Below are positions 42,502-57,526 of a stretch of DNA of 64,000 nucleotides, one piece after another. Positions within the stretch are counted from its first letter, which is position 1. Each line of letters starts with the position of its first letter. The position numbers and the translations under genes are program-made. This DNA comes from Eledone cirrhosa (lineage: Eukaryota), in assembly GCA_964016885.1 (NCBI GenBank), contig OZ024746.1, forward strand, positions 12,462,001 through 12,526,000, read 5' to 3'. The notes beneath the pieces were generated by a model. That model was not told the DNA's origin. It made no database searches and saw only the letters and a program-made list of their open reading frames with translations.

Positions 42502-42585
<84 letters not shown>

Positions 42586-42813
42586 CTGTGATAGGTAGAT
42601 ATGTGTATCGAAGAATTCGTAGAGAAGAAAAAATCGATATGTTGTATCCACTGTGGTAGGAACAATTGGAGTGAAACGCTTGGAGGATATCTTGAGCTAA
42701 GGGTGAGTGAGGATTTTAGTATTTTATTTGTAAATCCCTTTCTTCATCAGCATCACCATCATCATCAGTATCTACATCTACATTACCACCTACAGCATCA
42801 ACAGTAACAGCCG

Positions 42814-42871
<58 letters not shown>

Positions 42872-43418
42872 TCTACTAACACCATCATTTTCACTATCTC
42901 CGCCATCATCATCATCATCATCATCGCCACGACCACCACCGTCACCACCACCAGTATGACCCTCGCCACCGTCACCACCACCACCACCACCACCACCATT
43001 ATCACTATCACCATCATCATCACCGTCATCATGATCACCGTTTACATCTAAATTATCATCACAACAACCACCACAACCATCACCATCATCACCACCACCG
43101 CCGCCGCCATCATCACCACCACCACCGCCACCACCACCACCGCCATCACCACCACCACCGCCGCCATCACCACCACCACCACCACCGCCATCATCACCGC
43201 CACCGCCATCATCACCACCATCACCATCACCACCACCGTCGTCGCCGCTGCTGACACTTCGTCATTGTTGTATCATGATTACTTTTCATTAATATTTCCG
43301 GAAGCCGATGCAATGTAATGTAGCACCTACCAGCAGTCACCTACCAGCAGTCAAGTACTGGGCTGTTGGTTACGGTAGTCCACTATAAACACCACACCAA
43401 ATACAACGTCGTCTGCTT

Positions 43419-44235
43419 ATCTTCTTCTTCTTCTTCTTCTTCTTCTTCTTCTTCTTCTTCTTCTTCTTCTTCTTCTTCTTCTTCTTCTTCTTCTTCGGAG
43501 GGTCAATTGATCTGGCTGGATCCCCAAGAGAGACCAGCCGAGCTCATGGATGTTATCCAACCATCTTATTCGGGGGTCTACCCCTTGGTTTCCTGTCAGT
43601 TAGTTTTACCCAGCAATTCTTTCCTGAGACATTCTAACCACATGCCCTCAGTATCAGAGCTGTGATCTCTCAATTCGGAGAAGTAGCTGCTCTACCTGGA
43701 GTGACTCTCTGATCTCCGAATTATGCACTCTATCGAGTAAAGTTACTCCAGAGACTCTTCGGAGGAATCCCATTTCGACCGTTTGTATTTTCGATCGTAT
43801 TCTTTCGGTCACGACCCTATATTCATGACCAGGTAAGGGTTGACACGAATACCGAACTAAAGAGTTTGGCTTTTACACCTCCCTTCTTCTGATTACTGAA
43901 TGCTGAAGCTAGTGTATTACTGCACCAGCTCCTGCAATTCTTGCACTTAATTCAGCCTCTTGCCTTCCATCACTCGTGAACACGGCCCCGAGATACTTGA
44001 ACATCTCTACCCGCTTTAGTGGAACTCCATTCACATGTAGAGTACACTATGCAGGCTTCTCTGAGAGGACGAGTGTCTCACTCTTCGCAGCACTAATTTT
44101 CACTCTTATTGTGCAACACTCGGCATAAAACCTACCAAGTGCATGTCGGAGATCACCTTCTGACGAGTTAAGTAATACCATGTCGTCTGCAAATTCCAGC
44201 TGGCTGATCCTACACCCCCCAGCCCGGCTGCCCAT
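43419..44235 (-). mobile_element. RTE-clade LINE 3' fragment (degenerate RT) with a (GAA)n tail
   Basis: LEFADDMVLL and KISAAKSETLV, ending in (CTT)n on the + strand. Confidence 0.85.
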
Positions 44236-44257
44236 TGTTCATTATAATAACAGTGAA

Positions 44258-44800
44258 GGGGCGGAGGATTGGCAGTATCAGTAGAGGGTCGGACGCCATG
44301 CTTTACAGCAAAGAGTTACGGCCCTTTATGGTATGAGTTCAAATCCAGCCGAGGTTAACTTTGCCTTTCATCCTTACGGGGTCGATAAAATAAATTACCA
44401 GTAATACACTGGGATAATTGCTGGCCTTGTGCCAAAAAGTAGAAACAATTATTATAGCAGTGAATCGGACGCCATGCTTTGCAGCAAAGAGTTACGGCCC
44501 TTTATGGTCTGAATTCAAATCCCGCCGAGGTTAACTTTGCCTTTCATCCTTCCGGGGTCGATGAAATAAAGCACCAGTAATGCACTGGGGTCGATTTAAT
44601 CGACTTATCCCCCTCCCCTTCAAATTACTGGCCTTGTGCCTAAAGTAGAAATCATTATTATAGCAGTGACTCGGACGCCATGCTTTGCAGCAAAGAGTTA
44701 CGGCTCTTTATAGTATGAGTTCAAATCCCGCCGAGGTTAACTTTGCCTTTCATTCTTACTGGGTTGATAAAATAAAGTATCAGTAATACGCTGGGGTAAT
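44258..44800 (+). mobile_element. Three tandem SINE copies
   Basis: Head-to-tail copies. The junction ttattatagcagtga recurs. Confidence 0.9.
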
Positions 44801-45174
44801 TGAGAATATTTCTGTGTATATTGAATCTTGTCTCTTCAGCTGAAAACCCAAATACCTGGGCTCGTCAGACTCATTTCTTTTCGTACAGGCCTTGTGAGGA
44901 ATATATAGTTAAACTTAAAATTCAGAGCTCACCTACCTAGGTCAGGTCGAGTGAATTGATCACACCCATCCCTCCAAAAGGTGTCACTTTTTTCCTTATA
45001 CAACTCTAGCGTTCGTTTTATCAGTACCAGGATGTTTTATTTACCTCTCTTCTATTTCAAAGAATAAGCACCATAGGATCTCTGTTTAATAATTAACAAG
45101 GAGTGGCTATTACAAGGTAAAATGAAAACACAAGAGACTTCTGAGAAATCCTGTCTAGATGATTTAATCTAAAG

Positions 45175-45845
45175 ATTAATCTCTCAATTCGGCGAAGTGG
45201 TGACTCTACCTGGAGTGACTCTACCTGGAGTGACTCTCTGATCTCCGAGCTATACACACTAACGAGTAAAGTTATTCCAAAGACTCTTCGGAGGGACCCC
45301 ATTTTGGCTGCTTGTATTCGCGATCGTATTCTTTCGGTCATTACTCTAGATTCATTACCTTAAGGGTTAGCACGAATAGCGAGCTTGGCTTTTATACCTA
45401 CCTCCCTTCTTCTGATTACCGAATAATAGATGGCGCATTACTGCACCAGCTCCTGCAATTCTTGCGCTTAATTCGGCCTCCTGCCTTCCATTATTCGTGA
45501 ATACGGCCCCGGGATACATGAACTTCTCCACCTGCTTCAGTGGAACTCCATTCATATGTAGAGTGCACTGTGCAGGCTTCCTTGAGAGGACGAGTGTTTC
45601 AGTTTTCGCAACACTGATTTTCATGTCAGCCATGCAGCACTCGGCATCAAACCTATCAAGTGCAAGTCGAAGATCATCTCTGTCGAGTTAAGTAATACCA
45701 TGTCGTCGTGACAATTGGAATGTGGAACATCCCAACCCTTACAAGTAAGGAGCAGGAACTTGTGGAGGAGGATAGATGCTACTATATAGATATAGACGGA
45801 GTTTCCTCAACAAAGTCCTGTGGCTCTGATACTGTACATTTGATT
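45175..45845. mobile_element. RTE RT fragment (45175-45707, -) fused to an RTE APE N-terminal fragment (45708-45845, +)
   Basis: KISVAKTETLV..LKQVEKFMYPG on the minus strand and TIGMWNIPTL..IDGVSSTK on the plus strand. A further plus-strand RTE-like piece lies at about 46470-46870. Confidence 0.75.
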
Positions 45846-48647
45846 TCCCAAGACTCCACCACCCCGCCATTATTGCCAGCTCTCCTATTATTTGGGACCC
45901 GAAAGTGCCACCAAACTCTCCTCCTCTCTATGTTTATCACACAAAACTTTCTCTTAATCTCCCTCTCTGTATTTATTAAAAGCAAACTCTACCACTCTCT
46001 ATATCTACCACGATACCGCCTCTCTTATCCCACTCTCTATATCTAAGACTAATACATTCTCTCACTCTCTATAAATATCTACACTTATCTCCCCCAATCC
46101 CCCTCTGTATCTCAATCACCCCTAATCTCTCACCCTCTCAATATCTACTCTACTATACGAAACTCTCTTCCATTCCCCCTCTCTATATCAATTAGCACCA
46201 AACTCTCCCCCTCTCTATATCTACTACACGGAACTCTCTTCCAACCCCCCTCTATATATCAATAAACCTTTATCTCTCCCCTCTCTATATCTAATATACA
46301 ACACATTCTTCCAACCTTCGTCTCTATATCAATTAGCAACAAACTCTCCCCCTCTCTATATCTATCTCTCCCATCTGTCTCTAGATAACATGTACATAAA
46401 TTGTAGCGCATATACAAACAGATGTCTGTTTTGGTAGTTTGGGGAGAAAAGTATAATTATTGGGGTTCCATGGCAGGTATAAGATCGACCTACAGGATAA
46501 AGCGGGAAGCTTTGGTAGATAAGGAAGTCAAGACCAGGTATGCAGATATTATTGCATCCAAATTCAAACTACCTGAGTAAACTGAGGATATTGAGACAGG
46601 GTGGAGAATGTTCAACTCAGCAATTTCTGCTTCAGCTGTTAAATGCTGCAGGTGAAAGAGACTTGGTGTAGCAGGAGGACCTCTTGGTTCAATCAAGAGG
46701 CCAAAGATGCCATCCGAGCAAAGAAGGAGGCTTACAAAGATTGGCTTGAAAATATCTCCTCCTCCTTGCACTTGCGGTACAAGCAGGCACGAAGAATCAC
46801 AGCAGAGACAGTAAAGTCGTCCAAAATGGGAGGACTTTGGGGTTAAGCTGGAATCTTCAATTAACATCATTTAAATTTCAATAGTAAAAAAAAAAAATAC
46901 ATTAAAAAACTATTTAATATTCTCCCTGGATTATGAATAAACCATTGCGAGTAAAAGATAACTGCATTAACCAATCGGTTATTATAAGGATTTCTATACA
47001 CAATGTCATAAATGATATAGTTCATAATTTTACAAGCCCCAGAAGGACGAAAGGCAAAACGAACCCTAATGCAATTTCAGCTCAAAACTTAAACGAACTT
47101 AACTAAATGCCACTTGTTATGTCGCCTTGTGTTCTATTAAATCTGCCAAAGCAAGACTTTATAATAATATCAAAAGGAAAACTTCTGCAAGAAAAAAATA
47201 CATGTTACGATTTCCCGCTTACCCGACATATTTAAGTGCATTGGTGTATGTGTATGTTTAAATATGAATGAGTGTATGTGTGTTTGCTTGAATGGGAATG
47301 TGTGTAATAACAATAATAATAATAATAATGATTTCTTTATTTTAATAATAATAATAATAATGCATAAATTCGCTTTTGACATAGAAGAAAGAAAGCTTTT
47401 GAAAGGTACTGGTTGTGAGGCTAGGGTGTTTCATGCAGGACGTTTTTTTTTTTATTATTTTTTTTATTGTTGTTGACAATGGGGAAAAAGATATTTTTTT
47501 CTGTTTTCGTTTCAGGTTTATAACATTTGACCTCTACTTCTGGTTTAATGATAGACTACTTTCTAGGAAGCAACAACATTGTTGTTTTTTTTTAATAATA
47601 AATTTAAGGCGTGACAGGTAGTCATTTCGACTTATTTTGCAATCAGGTGTTAGCGCTCACATTTTACAATATTCTTTAATTCATTGTCCAGCGACCCAAC
47701 CTAGTTACAAGAATATTTCATTCTAGAAAACTGTGACGTAAAACATACAACAAATGCTGACTTTTAAACTGAAATCTTGACCTGGTTTACAGAGACTTAA
47801 TTTTCAAGTAAGTTGCGTACATGAATTTTAGATTAGCATTTGAAACAATGAATTAATTCACATTGGTGTTTATGTGTGTTGTGGGGAAGATGTATTTATA
47901 CGAAGTGTGTGTGGGGGAGGGGATGAATGGGGGTGTAGGTGGGTGAGGGGATGAGTGGCTGTGTAGGTGTGTAGGTGTGTGTGGGGGGGGGGGGTATGTA
48001 TATTGTTATTTTGGGGGTGATTATATGTCAAAATCATTTTCAGAAATCGAAAACATTTAAAAAGAAAATGCTGCCTAGTCCTCACTTTCCAGCGATGGAT
48101 ATTGTTTAAAGAAAACACATATATTACATGTATTGTGCACTGCCTCCCACATACCACCACTACCTCCCACATACCACCACTACCTCTTTCAACTAATTCA
48201 TAATAATTAAAGAAAGAGTTTTCCAGTAAATTAGTTTGCAGGTAAATCATCAGAACACTGACCAGGTCCACCACCAGGTTTTGATACCCGACTCCAGTAC
48301 AGAGCTGGTACATTTTTATCGACCTCAAAAGCATGAAAGGGGGTAAAGTTGACTTCGGCGGGATTTGAACTCAGGGTGCGGAAAGTCAGAACGAATATTG
48401 CAAAGCATCCGACGTTCTAACGACTCTGGCAATTCGTAGTCTCTTTAGAAAGACAAATAGATTTGTGGTCGAACCTGTGGTTGTGGAGACTTCCGGCGTT
48501 CTTGACCCCCAGACCACATCACTATTCACTACTATCGGAGCAGAGTTGAGCGACACGCAAGTGTGAACCGCGTAAGGTGAAGTGGCTGTGCCATCCAGTC
48601 GGCCGGGAAAACGAGGCGGACAGATCCTTGAAAACAATGTGTGTTAC

Positions 48648-48705
<58 letters not shown>

Positions 48706-49723
48706 TTATTATCTTGCTATTATTTCATATATAATCAATCCTGTTGTTGTCCTGGTGCTTTATTGGCCTCGAAAGGATAAAACGCAATGTTGACCTTGGC
48801 AGCATTTGAACTCAGATCAGATGAAGCTAGAATATATAGTACAATGTATATAACATGTGGTGGAGGAAGGGAGGGGGTAATAACTGGTACATGAGAAGGA
48901 GAGACAGTGAGAGAGAGAGAGAGATAGAGAGAGTGTGTGTGTGTGAGAGAGAGAAAGAGTGTGTGTGTGTGTGTGTGTGTAGATGTGAATACACAGACAA
49001 ACAAACTGAGAGATAAATAGATAAATATAAAGAAATACATGTACAAAGATAGATTATAGATAGATAGAAAAAAGACATATAACAGGTATTACCATAGCCA
49101 TTGATTTATTTATTATTGTTGACCATAATCAGAATTTTTTAGAAGTGACATGTAAAGAAAATCGATTGTGATTCCCGTAGATATGTACCGTGTCATTTCA
49201 GCAAAGAAATTACATAGGTAAAATTAACAAAGTAAAATATGTGGAAACAGGTTGTATGTACACTTGGTTAACATAACAATATATTTCTTATATAAAATTG
49301 TATTGGAAAAATATCAATTGAAATAGAGAAAGATATACATATATACCAGGTCTGAACACAAAGTAAGTCCCTCCCACTGTAACTAACGCCCTCTCTCCCG
49401 CTCTTCCCATTTCTCACTATTATGAGCAAATGGGGTGACCTACGCGCTGGTCGCCAAGCATGTCAATCACGTATTTTGTTTGATATTTTGACTCTTCTGA
49501 CAAATCGTTCATATTGTTATTGTTGTTGTTATTGTCCAGCCGTGTCCAGTCCTTATAATCTACTGGACCACTCCACCACACTCGGTATGTATTGGAAATA
49601 TTCCCAGGAGTTTTTCTATTCTATTTGAGAGATAATTTCTCTTATTCCAAGTCTCTCAACTCACTGCTATATTATTAATAATAATTTATTATACATATGT
49701 GAGGCCATACTGTATTACCTGCA

Positions 49724-49925
49724 ACAGATAGAACTAGTCAACAGATAGGACTCGTCAGCAGATAGGACTCGTCGGCAGATAGGACTCGTCGGCAGATAGG
49801 ACTCGTCAGCAGATAGGACTCGTCGGCAGATAGGACTCGTCGGCAGATAGGACTCGTCAGCAGATAGGACTCGTCAGCAGATAGGACTCGTCGGCAGATA
49901 GGACTCGTCAGCAGATAGGACTCGT
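49724..49925. repeat. 17-bp minisatellite, about 12 copies (cagataggactcgtcRg)
   Basis: Read directly from the sequence. Confidence 0.95.
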
Positions 49926-50009
49926 AGATCCCGAGTGAAATCCGGGGTAACCACAGTTAAAAAGGTACTCAATACATTAGTTGAGTGTAAACATCATTAT
50001 TTGATACAG

Positions 50010-50505
50010 AGCGGAGGATTGGTAGTATCGGTATGGCGTCGAACATGCTTTGCGGCATTAGAGTTACGGCCCTTTACGTTCTTTATTCAAATCATGCCGA
50101 GGTTAGCCCTGCCTCTCATCCTTATGGGGTTTGATAAAATAAAGTATTAATAACGAAGTAGGGTCGATTTAATCGACTTCCACACCCCTAAAATTGCTGG
50201 CCTTGTGCCTAAATCAGAAACCATTATTTAATATAGAAATAACTTCTATCTGTCTCAGAACTGTTTCATTCGTATCATACGAATGAAACAGTTCTAGTCC
50301 CGTAGGAGCCATTTCTATATTATATAATTGTTTCTACTTTTGGCACAAGGCCAGCAAATACCCAGTGCATTACTGGTACTTTGTTTTATCGACTCTCTAA
50401 GGATGAAAGGCAAAGTTAACCTCGGCAGGATTTGAACTCAGAATGGCAAGGGCCGTTACTCCGTGCGTCAAAGCATGGCGTCCGATCCTCTACCGATACT
50501 GCCAA
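50010..50505. mobile_element. Tail-to-tail SINEs (50010-50228 +, 50326-50505 -) enclosing a family D hairpin (50230-50322)
   Basis: SINE consensus on both strands, with agaactgtttcattcgtat-c-atacgaatgaaacagttct between them. Confidence 0.8.
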
Positions 50506-50506
50506 T

Positions 50507-50600
<94 letters not shown>

Positions 50601-50619
50601 CAGGGGGTGTAACTTGTAA

Positions 50620-50766
<147 letters not shown>

Positions 50767-50780
50767 AGGGGTGTAACTTG

Positions 50781-51046
<266 letters not shown>

Positions 51047-51121
51047 GGGGTGTAACTTGTAATATATATATATATTAATTTAAGATATTAATAAATACAG
51101 ACATTCATGTAATCAAATATA

Positions 51122-51183
51122 TTTTATTATATATATTTCGGAGGTACTGTGCTGTTTCCTCAGTACGTCCTCATCAGATAAAA
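51122..51183 (-). ncRNA. Canonical type I hammerhead ribozyme, family I
   Basis: ttttat-CTGATGA-gga-c-gtactg..cagtac-c-tcc-GAA-ATATATAT-A-ataaaa: 6-bp stem I, G10.1-C11.1 and a palindromic stem III. Confidence 0.8.
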
Positions 51184-51226
51184 TATATAAATTGATGTAT
51201 GACATACCTCAACTGTGCTGATGGTT

Positions 51227-51353
<127 letters not shown>

Positions 51354-51437
51354 ATTTGGGCTTGGGGCAGGCAGGCAGATGATTTATTTTAAGTTGCAAG
51401 TATAAGCAGGCAGATAAATAGATATACATTAATGAAT

Positions 51438-51468
<31 letters not shown>

Positions 51469-51752
51469 CAGAGAGGGAGAGAGGTGGGGAGAGGTGGGGA
51501 GTGAAAGAGCGAGAATTGGATAGAGAGACAAAAATATAGATTGAGGGATAGATTGACAGATAAAAGGCTGGATCGATAGATGGACGAGAGACAGAGAAAC
51601 AGACAGACAGATAGAGCGAGGGAGAGACAGACAGATAGAGCGAGAGAGAGACAGACAGATAGAGCGAGAGAGAGACAGATAGAGCGAGAGAGACAGATAG
51701 ATAGAGCGAGAGAGAGACAGATAGAGAGAGACAGACAGATAGATAGGCATAT

Positions 51753-51842
<90 letters not shown>

Positions 51843-51896
51843 AAGTGAGTCCTTCATCAGTGACCCTCCAACCGTCCTCGGCATTTCATCGCTTTA

Positions 51897-51985
<89 letters not shown>

Positions 51986-52088
51986 ATTAAATAAATGGAA
52001 AACTATTTATAAAACCATATTTATTTCATTATATATATTTCGGGGATATCATATTAACAATATAACCCACAATTTTTAAATATAACTT

Positions 52089-52126
<38 letters not shown>

Positions 52127-52131
52127 TATAT

Positions 52132-52166
<35 letters not shown>

Positions 52167-52201
52167 CATATATATACATATATATATATATACATATATA
52201 T

Positions 52202-52348
<147 letters not shown>

Positions 52349-52372
52349 CACATACACACATATACACACACA

Positions 52373-52456
<84 letters not shown>

Positions 52457-52464
52457 TGTGTATG

Positions 52465-52497
<33 letters not shown>

Positions 52498-52924
52498 ATG
52501 TATATATATATATATGTGTATGTGTGTGTAAAAATGTATTTATGTATGTATTTATGTATGTATTTATGTATGTATAAATGTATGTATAAATGTATGTATA
52601 TATGTATATATAAATGTATATATGTATATATAAATGTATATATGTATATATAAATGTATATATGTATGTATTGGCAGATGTAAACACGAGCGCGAAAACA
52701 CAGAGGTTAACAAAAGGAAGATACAAGGTCAACAAGAATTTTCGGTATCTTTTACCATTTCTATTTATTCCGAATGTTGTTATTGTTTTATCTGTTGTTG
52801 TTTCTGTGGTTGAATTCCTCTTCACCTCCTCTTCACTTCATTTTAACCGTATTTTCTCTTGTTTTTCGTCTTTGTATTGTTTCTCAACGTCGAGCTCATC
52901 TTTGTCGAAATAGCAGTCCGGAAA

Positions 52925-53178
52925 CAGGGGTGGTAGAACGGGGGGAGGGGTCAGGCGGATGGGGGTCAGGTAGGGTCATGCCTACCCCCCCGAACAATTA
53001 TATTTTTTCCCCCAAACTACCAAAACACACATCTATTTGTATATACGCTACAATTTATGTACATGTTATGTTTATCGCATATCGAAAGATATTTGATGGT
53101 GACAGCTAAACTTATCGCTACAACTAAATTGACCAAATTTGGCACCCCCTTATTTCAGAAATGCCTCCACCGCCCCTG
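52925..53178 (+). mobile_element. MITE-like element (cagggg...cccctg TIRs)
   Basis: Same family as 18593-20648. Confidence 0.65.
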
Positions 53179-53252
53179 GGCCGATTTAACCGACTTTCAC
53201 ACCCTCTCCCGCAATATTGTTGACCTTGTGCTTAAATCAAGAACCATTATTT

Positions 53253-53940
53253 ACGGCCCTTTATGTTCTGAGTTCAAATCCCGCCGAGGTTAACTTTACT
53301 TTTCATCCTTACGGGGTCGATAAAATAAAGTATCAGTAACGCACTGGGGTCGATTTAATCGACTTTCCCCTTTACCCCTGCAAATTGCTGGCCTTGTGCC
53401 TAGAATAGAAACCATTATTATTATTATTAAAGTACCAGTAATGTACTGGGTAATTGCTGGCCTTGTGCCTAAAGTAGAAACCATTATTATTATTATTATT
53501 ATTGATAAATTACAGCAATACTGATGGTAGATATAATTCATGTGGTAGATATCATTTTGTTTCGTATTTCAGTAGATATGTTTGAAATAGATAATAATTG
53601 TTTCTACTTTTAGCACAAGGCCAGCAATTATCCCAGTGTATTACTGGTACTTTATTTTATCGACCCCGTAAGGATGAAAGGCAAAGTCAACCTCGGCGGG
53701 ATTTGAACTCAGATCGTAAAGGGACGTAACTATGCTGGGACAGTGTGTAATAATTGTTTCTACTATTGGCACAAGGCCAGAAAATTACCCAGTACATTAC
53801 TGGTACTTTATTTTATCGACCCCGTAAGGATGAAAGGCAAAGTTAACCTCGGCGGGATTTGAACTCAGAATGGCAAGGGCCGTAACTCTATGCGTCAAAG
53901 CATGGCGTCCGAACCTCTACCGATAGTGCCAATCCACCGC
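53253..53940. mobile_element. SINE cluster (+,+ then -,-) between 147-bp direct repeats
   Basis: SINE consensus, with 53106-53252 repeated at 53941-54087. Confidence 0.85.
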
Positions 53941-54915
53941 CTAAACTTATCGCTACGACTAAATTGACCAAATTTGGCACCCCCTTATTTCAGAAATGCC
54001 TCCACCGCCCCTGGGCCGATTTAACCGACTTTCACACCCTCTCCCGCAATATTGTTGACCTTGTGCTTAAATCAAGAACCATTATTTGTGTGTAATAATG
54101 TGTGACGATATTAGGGTGTTGGCAAGAGAGCTGTATAGAAAAGTAGGAGAAAGGCCATAAATGTCAGTGAAATATACAGAATAAGACTGCAGTATTGGGA
54201 AGGACTATAAATGTCATATATAAGAGGAAGAAGGGGGGGGGGGCGTGAGGCAAAGGAAGAAAGAGTGGAGGGGGAGAGGGTGACAGACTGTACATGAAGG
54301 TCAAAGGAGTGTTTCGGCTGCACCTCCCCGACAAAATGGCAAGTGTGTGTGTGAGAGTGTATGTATATGTGTGTGTGTGTGTATGTGTGTGTGTGTATGT
54401 GTATGTATGTGTGTGTATGTGTGTGTGTGTGTGTATGTTTGTGTGTGTGTATTTGTGTGAGTGTATGTTCGCGTATGTGTTTATGTATGTATTTGTCTGT
54501 GTATGTGTGTATATGTGTATTTGTCTGTGTATGTGTGTGAGTGTGTGTGCAGTATTTTTTATTCGTTCTAGTCATGAGAACACGGTCATGCTGGGGCATC
54601 ACCTTCAGTAATTAGTTATATCAATCTTGTGGAAAGGCTTAATAAATGTAAATGCTGACACGGACCACTTACGATTCCACCTGTGTATATATTGTATATA
54701 TACCTGTGTATATATTGTATATATATACCTATGTATATATTGTATATATACCTGTGTATATATTGTATATATACCAGTGTACATATTGTATATATACCAG
54801 TGTACATATTGTATATATACCTGTGTATATATAAGGCAGCTAGTTGGTCTGTCGTCCTCTCTGTCTCTGATTTTTCGGACCAATGGTTTTTACATATTCC
54901 TTTGTTATATTTCGA

Positions 54916-54973
54916 ATACCTGATGATTTCACCGGATTCATATGGAACCCGGTCATTGAAATGATCATGGTAT
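54916..54973 (+). ncRNA. Type I HHR-like motif with G at the cleavage position (family J)
   Basis: atac-CTGATGA..accgg/ccggt..GAA-ATGATCAT-G-gtat-AATAAA. The element runs to (TA)n at about 55168. Confidence 0.55.
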
Positions 54974-55165
54974 AATAAACCTTTCAAGGATTTACACCAG
55001 TCCAGCCTCCTCTTATTTTATTTATAATTAACTCCGTATTCGCACCACCAACTACACAAACGAAGACGGGTGAACTGCACTACGTTGAGTACTCTCCACA
55101 ATATTACACCTAGATTGACCATACGGAATGACCAGTTCTATCCAGTGGTGAACCAACAAACCTAA

Positions 55166-55231
<66 letters not shown>

Positions 55232-55233
<2 letters not shown>

Positions 55234-55466
55234 AGTAAGTATGTTTTGAAACAGTGAGCAGGTTTGAAATTAGAAAATAGAATAGCTTTCACCGTATTTT
55301 TGACTAAAGGAATTTTAGCCTGATAATGGGGTTTAGAACCCTCAGATAAATGGAAAAAGATGAGTATTGACGTCAATACTCATCTTTTTCCATTTATCTG
55401 AGGGTTCTAAGCCCCATTATCAGGCTAAAATTCCTTTAGTCAAAAATACGGTGGAAGCTATTCTAT
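55232..55466 (-). mobile_element. Foldback element: 190-bp loopless palindrome 55277-55466 plus tail
   Basis: Centre gac|gtc at 55371/55372, (TA)n on both flanks, and GAAAGCTA (HHR 3'-half-like) on the minus strand. Confidence 0.75.
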
Positions 55467-55566
55467 ATATATATATATAATGAAAAATTGAACAGGGACA
55501 GAACAGAGCGGCAGTACGATAAATGTTTATTAAATTCACGCTCAGGAGAGTGGGGGGTAGGTGGGG

Positions 55567-55600
55567 GACGACGTTTCGGGCATAAGCCCTTCTTCAGGTG
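55567..55600 (-). ncRNA. Minimal type I HHR, family B
   Basis: Reverse complement of 28705-28738. Confidence 0.65.
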
Positions 55601-55814
55601 AGAAGTGTGTGGGAACAGAGTTCAAAAGGTGTGTAGGGGAGTGGTGGAGAGACATATAGCGAAAGGAAACGGTGCGAATGAAATATATATGTGTGTGTGT
55701 GTGTGTATGTATTATAGATTATGTATCTATATATGTGTGTGTATGTATTATAGATTATGTATCTATATATATGTGTGTATGTATTATAGATTATGTATCT
55801 ATATATGTATGCAT

Positions 55815-55849
<35 letters not shown>

Positions 55850-55892
55850 GCGCAACAGAGATGTCACTTTTATTTCATGTGTATCTTAGTGA

Positions 55893-55927
<35 letters not shown>

Positions 55928-55993
55928 ATATTTGACCATATGTACATACATACATGTGTATGTTTATATATACATATGTAGTAAGTAGTAGAT

Positions 55994-56024
<31 letters not shown>

Positions 56025-56514
56025 GGGTGTGTATGTGTACGTCTATTCATTGGTTATATTTCTCTTTCTGTCTTCTCTCTCTATCTTTCCTTTTGTCTTT
56101 CGTTTTTTTCTCTATTTATCCGTGTTTCTAACAATGTAATTACTAAACAAGTACACACACATACACGCATACACGCATACATATACATACATACATACAC
56201 ACATACACACACAGACACACATACATACACACATACATATACATATACATACACACATACACACACACATACATACATACATACATACACACATACACAC
56301 ATACACACACACACACACATACACACATACATATACATACACACATACATACACACATACATATACATACATACATACATACATACATACATACACACAC
56401 ACATACACACACACACACACATATACACGCATACATATACACATACACACATACACATACATACATACATACATACATACATACATACATACATACATAC
56501 ATACATACATACAT

Positions 56515-57492
56515 AATATCATTAGAATAGCGACTGATCTGGAGGAGAGATATGGAATAAAGCCTGATATAAATCTCTCACCCAGAGAAATTGGAAGATC
56601 CTATTCAATGTTCAAACAAGATAAGAAAATTGACCAATTTACAGAAAAAGTTGTGCATGGATACTTGAGGCGTAAAACACAGACCATAGAGGGGATAAAC
56701 CACTCAAAAAGCCTGGCATGGAGTTCCGACAAGTTTATAACATCACACCTTGAGGGATATCTCTATGCAATACAGGAACAAGAACTCCCTACCAAATATC
56801 TGCTGCACAAAAGAGGAGGGCCAGCAGCTGACAATAAATGTAGGCTATGTAAAACAAAGATCGAGGATGTAAGCCACATTGTTGCCAGCTGCGAAAGAAT
56901 GTCATCTCGCTACTACCTCCCCATGAGACACGATGGGATAGCTAGAACCATCTGGAACGCACTTCGGAAAACAAAATTAACAACAAACGAGGAAGAATAT
57001 ATTGAGACAGATGGCACTAAGGAATACTGGTGGAACCTGAAAATAAAAACTGCCACCAAATTAAAGCACAACCGGCCTGATATTGTAGTTTGGGACCACA
57101 CATTGAAAACGTGTTCTGTTGTGGAGATCAGCTGCCCACTTGATGTAAACGTTGTCAGAAAAATACAGGAGAAGGAGGACATCTACGGACCATTGATGAG
57201 GAGTTTACAAATCCAGTATCCAAGATACACCTTTAGCTTCATACCCATCATTATTGGTGCTACGGGTTATATACCAACCCGCTTGGACCAAAGTATGACT
57301 GAACTTGGATTTGCGGACAAAAAGCGCAGCTCCCTAATTCATAGTCTGCAAATGGCTGCGATAGCTGGCACCTTCAAAATTTGCAAAACATTCTTGCGAT
57401 TCAAGGGATGACAATTTCTTTTCTTTTACAACCTTGCCACCAGGAAGGTGGCCGGTCAAAAAAATATACTCGAAATTAAGAGAAAGAGAAAA
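56515..57492 (+). mobile_element. 5'-truncated RLE-type non-LTR retrotransposon (R4/Dong-like), ORF open 56515-57411
   Basis: AIQEQ, the CCHC knuckle CRLC..HIVASC, RHD, and the restriction-like endonuclease RPDIV..VEISCP..K..Y..PIIIGATG. (CATA)n lies on both flanks. Confidence 0.9.
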
Positions 57493-57494
57493 CA

Positions 57495-57526
<32 letters not shown>

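Noticed and set aside
52680-52922. Possible promoter or first exon (mildly CpG-rich)
   Set aside because: No supportable ORF, splice or promoter signal.
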